Part shown: positions 24,401 through 38,193 of the stretch, one piece after another | Layout: each line of letters opens with the position of its first letter | Position numbering within the stretch: position 1 is the stretch's first letter | Source: Amoebophrya sp. A120 | Taxonomy: Eukaryota > Protista > Dinoflagellata | Assembly (NCBI GenBank): GCA_905178155.1 | Contig: CAJINV010000002.1 | Coordinates: 11,262,634 to 11,326,633 of the forward strand | Length of the DNA stretch: 64,000 bases | Reading direction: 5' to 3' | Made by a program: the position numbers and the translations under genes | Notes under the pieces: model-generated | Database searches by the model: none | Told to the model about the DNA's origin: nothing | What the model saw: only the letters and a program-made list of their open reading frames with translations

Positions 24401-25599
24401 ATCTATTATAATTAACTAGCTTCTACCAATGAAGGTCGGCCCGGCGGCGTTCGCGGGAAGTGGTGATCATTTCTGGAAAACAAGTGCATATCTCACGGTA
24501 CTAGTGGTAAGGTGCTGCATCTCAATACAGTCGGAATTTTTCGCACACCAATCAAGACACTCATCGTATGTTAGGCGACCCTTGACGCGGCCGCCTGTAC
24601 CCCCTGCAATGAGATCCTTGCCGTTGAGAGTCTTGCGGAGCTGCTTTTCGCATACGTCGTCAATGTCCTGGTGTAGTGCGGACCGACACTCGTCGGTCAT
24701 CTGCACGTACGTCTGCCCCTGCTGGTCCACTACGTCAAGATCGTCGTGGGATGTCTTTATTACACAGTTGTCCGCGGTTGAAGCAGCTCCACCATCGTGC
24801 ACAACTCCTATCCAACTCAAAAATTGATTTACCGGACATCAGCCCATAGATAGACATACCAATGCAGACGCTCTTGCAGCGTAGATGAACTCGTGGCGCC
24901 TTCAACAAAGAAAGCAAATCCATGAGAGAGCCTGTAAAACTCTTGGCGCAGGGCCGCTAGTACTCAACATTGATGTTCTTTCACAAAATACAAGCCTCCT
25001 CCGTTTATTCGCGATCCGAAGGATTTTTCTGTGCATGTCTGAAACTGAAGTTCAATTATATGATTTTTTTACTATCCAGATCTGTCGCTTGTTATTTCTA
25101 CACTTTGACTTTCTTGATATGAAGGAAACCACCAAAGAAATTTATTTTCTCTGGCGGCTACAGAGCGAGCGTATCCCCGATGATATGCGGCAAATCTACA
25201 GTATTTCTATTTGCCTTGCATAAAACCCGTGCAGTCACTCGATCTGCGGCACCAATCCCGGCACTCCTCAAAGGTGAGATGACCCGGCACGAGTCCTGAG
25301 GCGAGATCTGCCGCGTTGTGACCATTGAGATTCTTATTTTCCTTCCGTTCGCAGACATGCTATTCCATGGAAAGTCGCTGTCGTCCAACCGTACTGCTAC
25401 CACACCTCCAGCTGCTTCCCCATTTTGTTAGGCGAAAGTCAAAGTGGCTGGTGCCACTGCTTCGGCAAAAGAAATTTGCATTGTTGCTCCACTACGGCGC
25501 GGAGCCTGACATTGTCTTGAAAAGGCAACCCATGGCCATGGATAGCAAGAAGTACAAGTGTGCAACAATGCTCCGCCTGCCGCTGCTGGTGCTGATCAT
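21480..25599 (-). CDS. Secreted adhesin-like protein: 3-4 PAN/apple domains plus C-terminal Cys-rich domain (paralog 3 of 4)
   Basis: LTYDECLDWCAKNSDCTGFVH..NCAAK; KTYDECLAWCAAEGTCEGFSF..NCVVK; KTFEECRELCARSMACTGFVF..CELK; then ADVQWICDQV..RGVLVY..CTVGYFCSACVKATSRC. Candidate signal peptide MISTSSGRRSIVAHLYFLLSMAMG at 25599 (start uncertain). Confidence 0.85.
22516..22724. mobile_element. Introner, family B (209 bp), perfect 21-bp TIR, TSD CGCCG
   Basis: TATCCAAGAAAAAAACGCTGT / ACAGCGTTTTTTTCTTGGATA; join GDSA-WESVTTADY. Confidence 0.95.
22911..23083. mobile_element. Introner (173 bp), TSD TCTCG
   Basis: TATCAAATGTAAAA...TGCAATGCATA; join GLCAR-EGNKQLTG. Confidence 0.85.
23141..23498. mobile_element. 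Family B-like introner (358 bp), decayed TSD
   Basis: TATCCAAGAAAAAAATGCGTAT...ATACGCTTCTTTCCCGGGATA; join CRFAK-FPQSYYP matches the internal repeat CRAAKAPLQYYP. Confidence 0.8.
23965..24527. mobile_element. Introner, further TIR family (563 bp), decayed TSD
   Basis: TATTCCGGTGCAGGACCTTACC vs revcomp end TATTGAGATGCAGCACCTTACC; join NSDC-TGFVHV restores the PAN motif. Confidence 0.8.
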
Positions 25600-26045
25600 G
25601 CATACGCATTTCCAGTGATTTGTTACTTTGACGAGAACTTGAAATGTGCAGCTGCGGCTGCCTTGCCAGTAGGCTACATGATTCCACGAGCGATGATCGG
25701 GCCTTCCTCGCTCGGGGATGTGAGCAACTTTCGCAACGTCTTGCCAGAAGATGCTAGAGGGTCCTACTTCAAAATCAAAAAGAAAACAACAACTGGAAAT
25801 ATTGAATCGGTAGTTTGATGTGGAGCAGAATGGACTAGGATATCACGCAAAAAAGTGTTAGCGGTAGCGAAACTTTTCATCTCCTATGTACGGCATACGT
25901 GCAGAGGCGGTTGGGATTCGTATCGCACGGAACGCACGTTGTTTGCGACTTTTTGTAGTTTGTTTGCAGGAGCCCGCCGTCGATGCACCAATCTCACTAA
26001 CGATACACACTTTCTTGACCGATATACAACGCCCACTTTCCAATA

Positions 26046-28260
26046 TTATACATCGTCGACGCTGAGTGAAGTTACCGCTGCGTGTAGCCCGGTCCTTGTG
26101 ATTTTCTTTGAGAACATTCCCGAGGATAGCGAGGTCGTCGTCCCTGCTGTTGCTTTGTCCTGTCCTTGTCCTCCGCTCTTCGTCCTTTTGGAATGAGACA
26201 AAGCTGCTCCCGAGGTCGTTCCCGTTGCTTGAGGCTCGCCCGCTCCGTCCTGAAGAGGCACAGGAGCGGCAGAGCCAGCCATCTCCTTCGCCTTGGCGTC
26301 TTGAAGATTGCCAGACTGCACCACATTGAATTTCAGCTTGTTTCCGTTTGGATTCGCTGTCACGCCGAAGCTCATCGCGGTCCCGGAAGTACTTGACGAA
26401 ACGGCGAAATCCATTCGTTTCGCGGCAGCCTCCATCACGTTCACCGTCATTCTTTTCGCAGTGGCAGCAAGCTTCTTTTGCTTCTCTTTCTCGCTTGCAA
26501 CCCGTTTTCGCAGCAATTCCGCGGCAACATCACTGGGGCTCTTGATCAGTTGCGCAGGTTGTCGATGCTTTTGGCCAACATCGGCTTCCATTGTTCCATG
26601 TTTGTTGGTTGCCTCCCTTACCCTTGCATTGGCCTCCGTGCTTGGTTGCAGTCCGGCCTCCGGTTGCTTCGACCGAAGCAGTTTAGCCTGCTCCTGCGTC
26701 TTCAGCTCCTTCAGCATGGCAATCCTTTCCTGCGAAGTCTCGCCCACGATCTGGCGCGACGCCCCTCCTGGGGTACTCTTGTGTTCGCCGCTCCCGAAAA
26801 TGGTTTCGGTGGCGGCCTCAGCTACAGGTTCGCCCTCGCGTGTGGTTCTCCGGATCATTTGCGTCGGCCCGATCACGGTACTCGGACCTGCGTTCGACTG
26901 CGACTTCGTTGTATGCAATACAAATACTGTGTCTCTGTTGTGGCACACACACGGTCTGGACAGAGATTCATCTCATTCATCAGTTAGTCACTCGATACAG
27001 GCTTTACGGACTGCAATGGAGTGATAAGCGCTCACTACAAGAAAGTAGTGGCCAACAAGAAAACCGCGGCAGCGTGAACGTTCGTGTTCGTCGTCATGCA
27101 ACAACAAGGGCCCTGCATAGTGTTACTCAGACTTTCAATTCTGGTAAATACGATTGGGAACAAAAAGTTTCTGATGCTTGGTTGGCCTAGAGGCTGTGTG
27201 AAGAAGATAGAGCGTTGACATTCCCGCAGTCGATCTCGATTCTAGATTCTTCAGCATCACAGATATGCAGATGAGGACCGTGGCCACCTGAGCAAGACAT
27301 GCATACTAAAATAATAGAAGGCATTTGTGTATCATACGTTTCCTCTTCTTGGTCTACAGTCTCTTCTTCCGGTACTTCATCCTGCTGCACTTGAATTGTG
27401 TGGCTTGGAACGACATTTGTGATCACTTCGGTGCCTTCGCTCTTCATCTTCTTGAATGCCTTGTTTTCGACTGCTCGTGCAGGCGTAGCAACTTCTTGCA
27501 TATTTTCCTCTCTGTTCATGCCGCCACTTGAAGGCGCTGCTGCTGCCTTATTCCTTTTGTCATTTGATGCATGAGCAGCAAGCTGCGCCACGGCTTTTCC
27601 TTTTTCGCTCTCGTAATCTTGTGCGCGTTTTTTCGCGAGGCTCTCTCTGCTGTAGTTCGGGTGTCCAGCGGGTCTTTGTCGGGCAGAGGCACTTGTCGGC
27701 TGCACCTCCTCGAAGGCTGATGCGCTTTCATTTTCCGCTTCCCTGGATGCCGCAACCTCGCTGTTTCTTCTGGTCGCGGTTTCTGTGTCGGCTTCGCTCG
27801 ACGTGGCCTGCCCACCAATAGTATTTTCCGTGGTGGACTTCTTTGTCTTTCCTGTGTCGAGCCTTCCTTGCTCAACAATCAGGGTCATAAATTTCTGGGT
27901 TTTGACTCCGCTCCCGCCGATACCACTACTTCCTTGCGAGACTATCTGCGCCGTCCCCTCGTTTCGCGGTAGAGCCCGGCTGTGCTGGTAGGCCGCGGCA
28001 AAAAAGCCATGACCGACGGTGAGGGAATGAAGGGCGGGATGAAAACACCAACTCCAGCAGTATGCGGAAATCAAGCACAGAAAAAATCGTCCCGGAGCAA
28101 TCTGCTCAGAGGGGCCAAGTGTGACCCGTTTTCTTTTCCAGCTCGGTGCGGCGCTGAGTGCTGGTGAACCATCACCATCGTCTACACTGCACGATCGTGG
28201 TCGCTTCGCCGTCAAAATAGGCGGAAAAGCTAAATTACAATCGGCGGGTGATTGCAGCAT
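26046..28260 (-). CDS. Low-complexity Ala/Lys/Glu-rich protein, probably secreted; at least two large exons
   Basis: ORFs 27187-28260 (hydrophobic FFLCLISAYCWSWCF segment) and 26046-26948; no recognisable domain; ends uncertain. Confidence 0.55.
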
Positions 28261-30322
28261 CGTCGTTTACCCAAACGGAAGGTCGTTCTCGTTTCTGTTT
28301 TCGCAGCCTTCGCATGGCAGTTGCAGCTGCTGTGCTTGCCAGCAGGCCATCACGGTAGGAAAGGGAAATGCGTCCTGTTCCTCACATATTTATTCTCCCG
28401 TCAACTAAAGGTCGGACTCTCTACTGGCGAGATGATGAGTGTGGATACACCTGGCCCTTGACTGGTCCGCCGTGCCTGGGGCGACCGGGGGTCCACGGCA
28501 AACGCGGAACAGAGTCAATGGAGCTACTTAAGTGCTAGTACAGCGCACGTCGAGAGTCTGTGTATTTTTCACCTGTATTTCTCTGGTTGCTTCGTCTGCG
28601 ACCTTAATGGCCAGAAATAATTGGAACTACTTCTACTTTCTTTTTGCACTCGACATGATCGATGTACTCACGACCCGGCGCGTGAGTCCGCGAAAATGCA
28701 GGGACTACAGCACCTAAAGCTGGGCCTGGATCTTCATCTCGCTCAATTTGTGGCATTTCTATGGACGCGTCGTAGAGCGAAGCGGTCGGACAAGTTCATC
28801 TACCGTCAGTATTTACCTTGGCGTGTCCCGCTGCGAGAAAGTAGTTCAAACAAGTCAGCAGGTAAAAACTTGCACTGATCCAGGTGTTCCTGCTGAGCTA
28901 TCATTTTGCACAGCCTGACATTTTGAGAGGTGTCGGTGCGCAATGCGTTTCCCTCATTCCCGATCGCTCGCTCCGCGTCTACAACAACACTACGAATTGA
29001 TCGACGGTAGCTTCTAGGTAGCTGTGATATGTTGACGAGTGGGGCAACGAATTTTTACTTACCGCGAAGAGCGCCCGCCCCGCCTGTCACTCGTTCAACA
29101 GGGTGGAGCTCGGTCGATATGCTTTCGCCCGTTGAAACTTTCGCATTCCCTGTGAAATAATGCTGATGCACGGGGTCGCCTCTGCGCGGTTCGTTTCTAA
29201 GCCCACGGCAGATTATGCAAGACCCAGCACGCCCCCGACTAACAGTAAGAGTCAACATACGATTTGAGTTGTCCTCAGAAGCTGAAACACTGGTGTTAAT
29301 ACTCACATACATACAAATCATAAACTGAGACAGATTCTGAACAGTGAACGTGTTCGTGCGGGTGCGTCTACGATTTACTGAGCATCTCTCTCTGTCTCTG
29401 TCTCTCGATACCGAAAATTGTTGCGCGACAATACTAGCACACGAACAAACGGAGCTGAACACGGACTAGATCAAGTCTACGTATGCATAGCAGTTTCATT
29501 GCCATGAATACGGTGACCAAGCGGACGCAACTCCACAACTGTCATGTTTTCGTTTTCCTGGTTTAGGATTTTTATATTTCCATGTTGTGCGTTTTATTCG
29601 TTTCGCAGGATTACATTTTTTCTCGTGCTAGAGATACAGATACTTCGTCTGAAGATTATGATGATCATCATCGATGCTGTAGTTAGAAATTACAGCTATA
29701 TCTATGGTCCATTTGATGGACATATCGCCAAGAGGGGATTTGGTTTTGAAAAAAATGTTGCTGATACTGGCTGCTGAAGGAGTTGATGAATTGATTCGAC
29801 ATCTTGCTATACTGCATCTCTATGACACTTCGAGTTGACGAAATCAATATCTTTTTGTGAGTTGTAGTGCCAACACGTAGAAGAAGGGGTGGAGCAGACC
29901 AGACGTGTTCTGGTGGTCGCTGGCAGATCAATCAGTTGACTTGTTTCTTTTCGTATCGGACTCCGCTGAGAAGACGAAGCTCGTCGTACGCTTGTCGTAA
30001 GTACCTCCGTTATATTTCAATATTTTTCATGGCTTCGTTTGCTTCCTTGTACAATCAGACAGCAATCAAACTTTCATGCAGAAAGTTGTTTTGGGCACAG
30101 GTCGATCAACATATAATACGATGAGCTGTTTTTCTGCAATACAGAATCGCTCTTGGCGTTTGTTTGAATTTCTCCCTTCAAGGTGGAGAGTAGACGTAGA
30201 CGCAAAGCACAAGAACTGTCCGCTACAGACTGACATCGTAATTAAATTGGTAACCGTGAATAAATTCTTTCTGCTGACAACCGCATCGCGGATAGTGATG
30301 GTTAGTACCAGTGTAGTGCCAT

Positions 30323-31718
30323 CTACGTGCACTTGAGCAATCCGCCTTCACCTGACGCGTCGGGGCCCATCTGCTCTTCCGTCGTCGGCGTGTCCGGGCA
30401 CTTGTCCGTGGCTTTCTGGCACGCATCGCAGATCTGTCCCACGGTGCAGGACATGATGTCGATATCCGGCTCCTTGCACTCGACGAACCTGTAGTTCACG
30501 ACCGGCGTGCTCGCGTTTCCCGCTTCCTCGCCGTCCGCCAGCGTGTGCAGCTTGATAGCATTTCGGGGTGTCGCGAGGTTCTTTTTGTAGTTCAAGAGCC
30601 CTCGAAACGGCAACTCGTTAGTAGTACCAGTCTCCGTTTTGGTCATCTCAGTGCAGATCCACTGCACGTCCGCGGTGTCGGTGACTTCAACGCCCGCATC
30701 GGGGCCCTTCATCGTGCAGTCGACACCCATGGACGCCTTTTTCGTACTTACCAGCTTGCTCTTCGCCATGAGCCCGGCGGCAGACTTGGCCGCCGTAGTA
30801 GTTTTCGCTTTTTTCTCCATCATCATCGACGGCTTGGCCGACGCCGGAGCCTTGGGGTCCGCCGCCGACTTCTTGTTCTCCTGCTTCTTTGCTGCGTCTT
30901 TCAGCTTCTTCAGCGCCGGTTCGCCCTTGCGCTTCGCGAAAATTTTTCCCCCGCTATCCCTTTGGAATAAGAGGGATCATCAGACCAGGCAGCTAGCAAC
31001 AAGATTTTCTTTTTTCCACGTTCCATATAAGTGATGCGCAGTACTACGGTGCTGCGGCTGCACACACTATCACTAGTAAAGTTCAAGACTGGCAACATGT
31101 ATAATATTTCGCGCGTCCTCATTACTGAGCAATTGCATTTTTCACGCACACCAAGGCTCGACTGCACCTTTTGAAAAAACCTTTGCACCGCTGGGGCAAG
31201 CAGCTTCGAACGCAATAGAGAAGTCTAGAAGGGTCAGCGCAGCGAAATATGTCGCGAGTATTTCATCTTCATCATCATCATCTTCCGCCCCGCCGGGCCC
31301 GAGCTGCTAATCATGCAAATCTTTTCTTGGTACGGAGCAACGAGTACGAGTAGCAGTAGAAGTCATCTCTCTTCATCATAACCATGTTTTAATCGATGAC
31401 CTCAAAATTTCCTCAGGATAAAGGGTGTATCCAGAGACGCCACTAGACGCGAGCTGCGTCGCGAACAATATCAAAGTAAGTGGACAACCCCCCTCCCCGC
31501 GACCCTCGATTCAAATTTATACTGCCGCGACAAGAGTACACAGCACACTTTGTGCAGATTGTATCTGGCACTCGTAATTGGCCTTGCTCTTCCATTGACA
31601 CTACGAACTTTTGGTGCAAAATGAGATTTTGTGCTCGTGAATGAGAACTAGGGAGAAATGAGTTGTCCACTTTCGTAAAAATCGTCGACGCGGCGAGAGA
31701 CCGGACTGCGACTCCCAT
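30323..31718 (-). CDS. Secreted Lys/Ala-rich protein with C-terminal Cys-rich domain (paralog 4 of 4)
   Basis: MGVAVRSLAASTIF / LILFATQLASSGVSGYTL-GKIFAKRKG...; TADVQWICTEM..PFRGLLNY..YRFVECKEPDIDIMSCTVGQICDACQKATDKCPD..LLKCT*. Confidence 0.8.
30955..31420. mobile_element. Old introner (466 bp), TSD lost
   Basis: TATCC...GGATA termini with weak TIR; element+5 removal gives in-frame GYTL-GKIF. Confidence 0.6.
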
Positions 31719-34351
31719 CTTGTTTTTGGGTTGCTTTGGTGGTTCAGATTTTTCGGTCTGGTGAGTGCGTGCTCTCAGCTCTCAACACACTGTCACTGCT
31801 AAGCCTAGGTGCGGCTGGAGAAATTTTTGAATTGTTTTCTGGTTCCGCTAAAACTGCCAGCCGAAAGAAAAAGATGATGAACAGCTAGTAACTACACAGA
31901 TGGATCGGGATTGGAATTACTGAGGTGAAAGTCCGGAGGCGTGGAGATTGAAATTTTCGCTACCGCCATGCTTCAGGTTCTGCTTCTGACATTAGTAAGA
32001 CTAAGACATGATAAACTAACATGATTCAAAGTGAGTAGAACGCAAAATAACAGAAAAACGTAAAATATTGCGAGTGGACGTCAACTATATGATTCATTCT
32101 AAGTATGGGTGATCGTTTCACGCTCGGCATCGTAGCCAGGGAGCCCCCTGCTTTATTCAGGAATCGGACTCATTTTGTTATTCTTGTTATCCTGGTCCTG
32201 CTACCCACGGCTGAACCTCTCAACCTTTTCCAATTATTGACCTGGTTCTCGATGCTATCGTAGTCTATCAAATACAAATGACAACCATACTGACCCGGAA
32301 CGCGATGGAAACCCTGCGGAGCATGCTCCTGTTCTTCTGATTCTAGTAGTTAGAGCATGCACGTTCATCATGACAGAGTCAGCGACCACCACACTTAATG
32401 TGTAATTTCATTCTGCACTGGTGTTTGTTTTCGTTTTATCAGGTGCACACACTCACTCTCGCTCCGATTTCTACTTTGCCTTTCCGTCGGTCGTCGGACA
32501 TCACGGTCAACAAGACAGGAGCGCAGCTTCATTTATTATCGTTCTCATACCTCATAGCTCGACCTCGACGTAAAGAGCTTTCTACGTCTACCTATAAATA
32601 TAAAGAAAATGGGTCATAAAGGTAAAGCTTGTACGGAAGCCCAACATGATACGAGCGATAATCTCAAACGGTTCAAAGTCGGAATTTCGAGACGTGGTGG
32701 AAGCATTTTGAAGCATTTTTGTTTATCTACAAAAGCCCCCACTACTCTAACCAGTGCGAAAGAGTTCTTGTTCAAGTAGAAGACCAAGATCTAGATCATG
32801 ACCATGAGCTGTATTATATTTGCTTTTGGCCCCACTCCAGGGAGAAGGAACACGAGGCACGCGGTAGAGGTGCAGGTGGCGGAGTAGAAAACAAAATCTT
32901 CTTGCTCAGCACTAGACTTTTATCCTCTACGTCAGCAACTCGTGCTGCCGCTCGGTGCTTTATCTTTTTTCTTCTCTGCGCATCTTCGACTGTGCAAGAG
33001 TTTCCTCTTGCTCCAGAAGTACTACGGGCCTCGACGTGATTGATTTCGTTGGTTCTGGAAGAAGGTACAGACACACTGGTTCAAATTGTTCTCCTCGCGA
33101 CGCTACTGACTAGAAGCATGTCAAAACTTGTGTTTCGTTTCCACTAGAAGCCGACTTGCAAAGTCACAGCCTAACGGTCGCGCTGTCTAAACATGGACAA
33201 GGAGCAGAAGCAGATGATCACGAAATACCAAAGAATAACTCCCCATGTACCATCGAGCTTCGTGCAAAAAGACAGGTCCGGCTTTCGTTTTGGCTAGCAA
33301 GCAGCACGACGGCATCACCGTAGCCTTTTTTCATGATGGTTTAGGTCTTTTCGGGCCTCCGCCTGGCCATAAATTGCCTTCATATCTTTCTTTGCGTGAC
33401 GACGAACTCTCGTGTGGGTACGTCGTTTTTCAAAAAGCTTAAGGTATTGCTCAACTGGGGAGCACTGGTCCTCCGGACGAAGATCCGCCTCCGATTCGAC
33501 CCGCAGCAAGACTTGTGCTTGTCACTCCGACACCACTGCACGAGGCGTTTAACTTATGCCGGCGTCAGGCGGGCTTTCAGACGTCGTTTTTACGAGTCGG
33601 GGTAACGCAGTCATCATCCTGCAGTACTCATTCATTAGACTTCGACCAGGATGAGTCAGAGGCAAGTTTGTTCTTTTGTTTTTCTTGATCGTCCACAAAA
33701 TCAATACATGCACATGCCAAATGCGGAAGCCCCCGCTATCGAAGGCTGTAGAAAAGTGTCGCAGACAGCAGCTGAGGTGAGGACGACTGGCAACATACGA
33801 GTGTAAGACTAAGAGCAAGACAGCCTGACGCTTCCATAAAAAACCGGCCCCGGAGCCAGACACAATATGCAAAAGAAAAGCACAACTCAACCTCCTGTCC
33901 TCGTCGTAGTCATTGAGAAGGACAAGGACCTATATTAATTCGTCCTACTTATTTTACATTCTTCAAATCTTTGAGCCGCACCTTGATGGATGGACGGCTT
34001 CACTTGAATTTCTTGGCACTGGCAGTAAGCACAAGAGGGACACCACATGGTGGACTAAACGAAGAAAACCAAAATATAATGAACAGTGTTGTGCAGCTTT
34101 CTTTCACAAGACAAACTTTTTTTCTCTGTAGGATCGCAGAAAAATGACTCTTACTCAATGCTGATTGTGTGGGCGTGCGTTTCCATTTCTTCGCATACAC
34201 GACCTGGTCTTCAACAAAAGAGGTGGCATGGGACTTCGCTGTCCTGTTCTTATCGCACGGAAAGATACAACTGACTACTTCGAACGCGACGACATGCTTT
34301 TTCTAGAAATCAAAATAAATCGTACAAAAAAATCTGCTGCAATCCGAAGGC

Positions 34352-37300
34352 TCAGACGACAGTTCTGGAAAAATGCAAATAGCCATGGGCATGGCGCATA
34401 GAGAAAGAAATTGCATGCGATGCCGATGCGCCTATGTTTTCATGGCGTCTACCTGTCGATGTCAGAGACAAATTCCATGTGATAAGTCTGATCAGAAATT
34501 CTGAGCTTGGTGAGGTTTGTAGTGTGGTCGAGAATAGCGACCGATGAGGTGGACCCGCCATTGCGCCGTAGTCCTGAGCGGCCTTATTGGCTCCCCCAAA
34601 AACAGCATTCCTTGGTTGAATTGCGGCTGTCTGTCCACCCTTGGAAGCGCCGGCATTGCACCTGTTCCCTACAAAAGCCGCAGCAGGAGCTGGTCTAGTT
34701 TTCATTTTACAAGAGCCAGTGCCAGGTAGAGCCCCAGCTGAGCAGATACCGCCCTCGTCATCATCTGCGGCCGCAAAAGTTCCTGCGGTCAGTGCCTTCT
34801 TGCCAGCGCCTCCGCCTGCGGTGGTCCTCTCCGCATTATGATCTTGTCGTACAACCGGCCGTGGAGGGCGAGGGATCATCTGGAGGAGTTCTTCCGTGGG
34901 ATTGGTTTTCCGATCTCGGAGGTTTGTGACTTTGTCTAATCCCTGTAGCGGGGGCGGTGCCGCAACTACATTCAGCGGCGCTTGTTTGCCGTTGCAGGTG
35001 CGGCCGTCACCGCCAGCCAGTACCTGCAGGTGCGTAAAACCGCTGCTCGTGTTCGCTGAGGTTACCGACCAACCAGATGTTGTTGAAGACTCCTGTGTGC
35101 TAGTGGTGGCCACTATGCCATGCAAGTTTCCCTCCGCACACTTCGGCCGGTGCGCAGTGGGCGACTACATGATCATAAACATGGTCAAAGGAAGCAAAAA
35201 GACACACACCTGGTAGTGCACCCAAGAGGTGGATCATGAAAAAGCTTCGCAATTCCTAAGTACCCTACACTTGTTCACCTTGCGACGCCGAGGCGCAGGA
35301 AAGCGATCATAACAGTGGGGTGTTATATTTATGAGAAATTCGCGCACAGCACCTTTCGAACGAGTGGAGATTTCGTTTTTTCAAATGGATAGTGACAAGA
35401 TCACCCCCTTGGCGCGGGCTGAGAAACCCGGAAGTGGACATTACCTTCTGGAAGATCGGGGGACGGGTGCTTGTATACATTGCAAAAATATACCGCGGCG
35501 ATTGTGTGTAGTTGTAAAGTACGTACAGGCGCAACAAGCGTATTAGAATTAGTACAGCATATTACAGCATTCAATGCTCCACCCGAGCCCGATAAAAACG
35601 AAAGAGAAAGCATCTGCTTCTGCTGTAATTTATGCAATGTGTACGTACTTGTAAAAAGAAGACTGCGATACTTTTGCACATCAGCATAGGCAAACGGCGG
35701 CGACAGAAACCCCGGCCGTGCGGCAAAGGACGGCTTCTGCTGAATGAATTTTGAGTTCGCCGCAGGGCGAGGGTTTGATCCAAGAACTGCACTCCGCTCA
35801 GGACGACCCGCGTCGCGGTCACTACCTGACTCTGTGGTTTGAATTTGATAGGGGTGGCGCTGCCGGTGCGCTTCAATATCCGGCACGTGCTGTAATTCCT
35901 CTACTGCTTGCGTAGTGGTACCGGTGAGGACGTTAGTCACGCAGTGACCCGAGTGAGTTGCGTTTCCGTTGGCGGCTACCTTCACGGCGGTTCCATTGGC
36001 ACCGGTCGCGCGGCTTGGACCAGTTCCAGTGCGCGGGGGTCGTTGATCGTTTCCGATCCCGGCCCTGGATTTACTTGCTTCGGCATCGGCCCGCACAGTA
36101 GCGACACCTGTGCAACTAGTAGAAGGGCAATCTGTAACGGCCGCTACCGTACGCGGAGTAAAAGAACGCATACCGCCGGAAAAAAGTGCTCTACCTTCGA
36201 TCAGCGCGCTGCCCCAGGGCCGGGCCTTCGCCACGCCGGGCGCACCGACTGGTGCGGTACCAGCGGCCGGAGGACCAGCGGATTCCGGTACTCGATTCGG
36301 GACAGTGCTGTCAGTAGGATGAGGTGGACGAGCCGCGGTCATTTCAAGCTCTTCCAGCTCGTTCGCATCGAATTCCTCTGGAACGCAACCAACAAAAAAA
36401 TCATCTTGATGATTTCTCTCCTCTTCAACAGCAGCCGTTTCTTGGTGGCGTGGAACTCGCATGAGGGTCGCATGCTCACTTTTGGTCAATAGGCAATTTT
36501 TATGTTTCATCATCTGCCTGCTTCTCAACGAAACTGACCCTTTTGCGTGATTTTGTACTTGTCCGGGACTTGCTGCTCCTTCTCCTGTTATTTCATCTTC
36601 CCGGTCTGCCGCCGCTGGCGCTTTGCTCTGCGCGGGAGCGTTGTTCATCTGCGGCTCGTTTTGTTTCCTCCCCGCGTTTGCTTGGGTCTGTGCGCCGAAG
36701 CTGCACATCGACGTGGTGGTCTCGGCTGGAACTACCATCAGATCCTGCTCATGCAGCAAAACCGTTGCCTCGGAGATACTGTCGCTCGTGCGACGTACCG
36801 GCTCGACTTCCACGCACGTCCTTTCCGGCGGAGCCACGGGACCAGCAGGCGCAGACAGGGCATAGCCATTCGCATTGACATTGAGACTGACGTTGCTGCA
36901 AATCCTGCTGCTACAAGTCGGAGTCACGTTAATATCCACCGCACGGTCGCTTCTACACGATTCTGCTACTGCTTCGGTGGGGTCGCCGCTAGTGGAGGAC
37001 ATCCCCACCACCGCCACCGTGTCGTGTTCATCTTTATCCACTTCTGCTGCTGGTTGTGAAAGCCCGAGTGCACCGCCTGATTGTGATGGTTGCTGTTTGC
37101 CTGGACAAGGAGTCCCGGATTTATTACATGGCCTCGCCGTCTGTTTCTGAAGAAGTGCGATGCTACTTCCCGCGACGTCCTGCTGCGTCCCCGCTGGGCC
37201 AACTGTCGCGGGGGCCGAGCGGTCCGCAGCCGGGGCAGCCACTGGCGGCGTTACGGACTCGGCAGCCGCGGTGGTAAAAGAATCGGGGCTGCAAGAGGAA

Positions 37301-38193
37301 TCATCCCCGCCTCCGCGTCCTCGACTTGTGCCAGAACCAATCACCCTGTTTGGCACCTGTGCAAGCTCAAGCACGGGTTCTCGGAACTGGATTTGTCTTG
37401 AAGAAGACGGAGCCGAAGAAATTACACGGGCCACGTCTTTTTCCGACTGCCAAGAACTCTGGCCTTGCACCAGCGGCTGACACGACGTTGGAAACATCTT
37501 GGTCTTGCCAGTAGACTTGGCCTTTGCGTTCGCTGCAGCAGTGGGGGGAGGAGCCGACGTATCTTGATCTCGTCTCGGCCTTCCACCGGCATTTCTCGAC
37601 CCAGTGCCCGGTGCTTCTCCGCAAGCCCCGGCGAAGCAGGCGGGGGGTCTGCTGCTGCAACTGGACATCGCTGCTGGAAAGATCGCGGTCGTTGCTGCCG
37701 GCGCGGCGGTGCAGGTGGCAAGTGGTTGTGGGGGTAGCACTTTCTGCCGCTGTTGTGGGGTGGTGGTACTTCGGATTGTCCGAGTACCCATGGTCGTACT
37801 GGGCCAGCCTGGTCGAGCATTCGGTCCACCAGTACTACCGCCGGAGCAATTCGTCCTCGTGCTCCTGTAGCTAGGAAAGGCCACGGTCTGTGCACCCGAG
37901 CGCTGTGCCCCCGGGCACGAGGACGGTGGCGTCCGAATCGGGGGTGCCACACTGCGACTGCCCGCTGCGTAGTTCCACTGGTAGGAGCTCGGAGGCTGCG
38001 CTATCAACAGGAAACATTCCCCAACGGATGTGCAGCACACTACAACCTCGGAAACTGTACTACTCAACGTAGCAGAATCTGTTTTCTCATTAGTGTTACC
38101 ACAAGACAGCTGGCTTGTTTTGCACAGCATGGCGGTAGCCGTTGTGCTTTTACCATCACATTTTATGTTGGGAAAACTCATGCTGCAAGTCAA
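34352..38193 (-). CDS. Large intrinsically disordered Ser/Thr/Ala/Pro-rich protein (may extend on both sides)
   Basis: 930-aa and 257-aa ORFs of consistent composition; no domain recognised. Confidence 0.65.
35474..35688. mobile_element. Diverged family A introner (215 bp)
   Basis: TATACATTGCAAAAATAT...GCGATACTTTTGCACATCAGCATA; join PPFA-TRPPIFQK, followed by a GTAATG donor. Confidence 0.7.

Noticed and set aside
26308-27024. Long plus-strand ORFs (this one and many others)
   Set aside because: Antisense shadows of GC-rich minus-strand exons; no recognisable domains.
35401-35688. C-terminal ~95 aa of the 930-aa ORF
   Set aside because: It reads through a degenerate family A element (VQKYRS is the TIR translation) and is likely intronic or out of frame.
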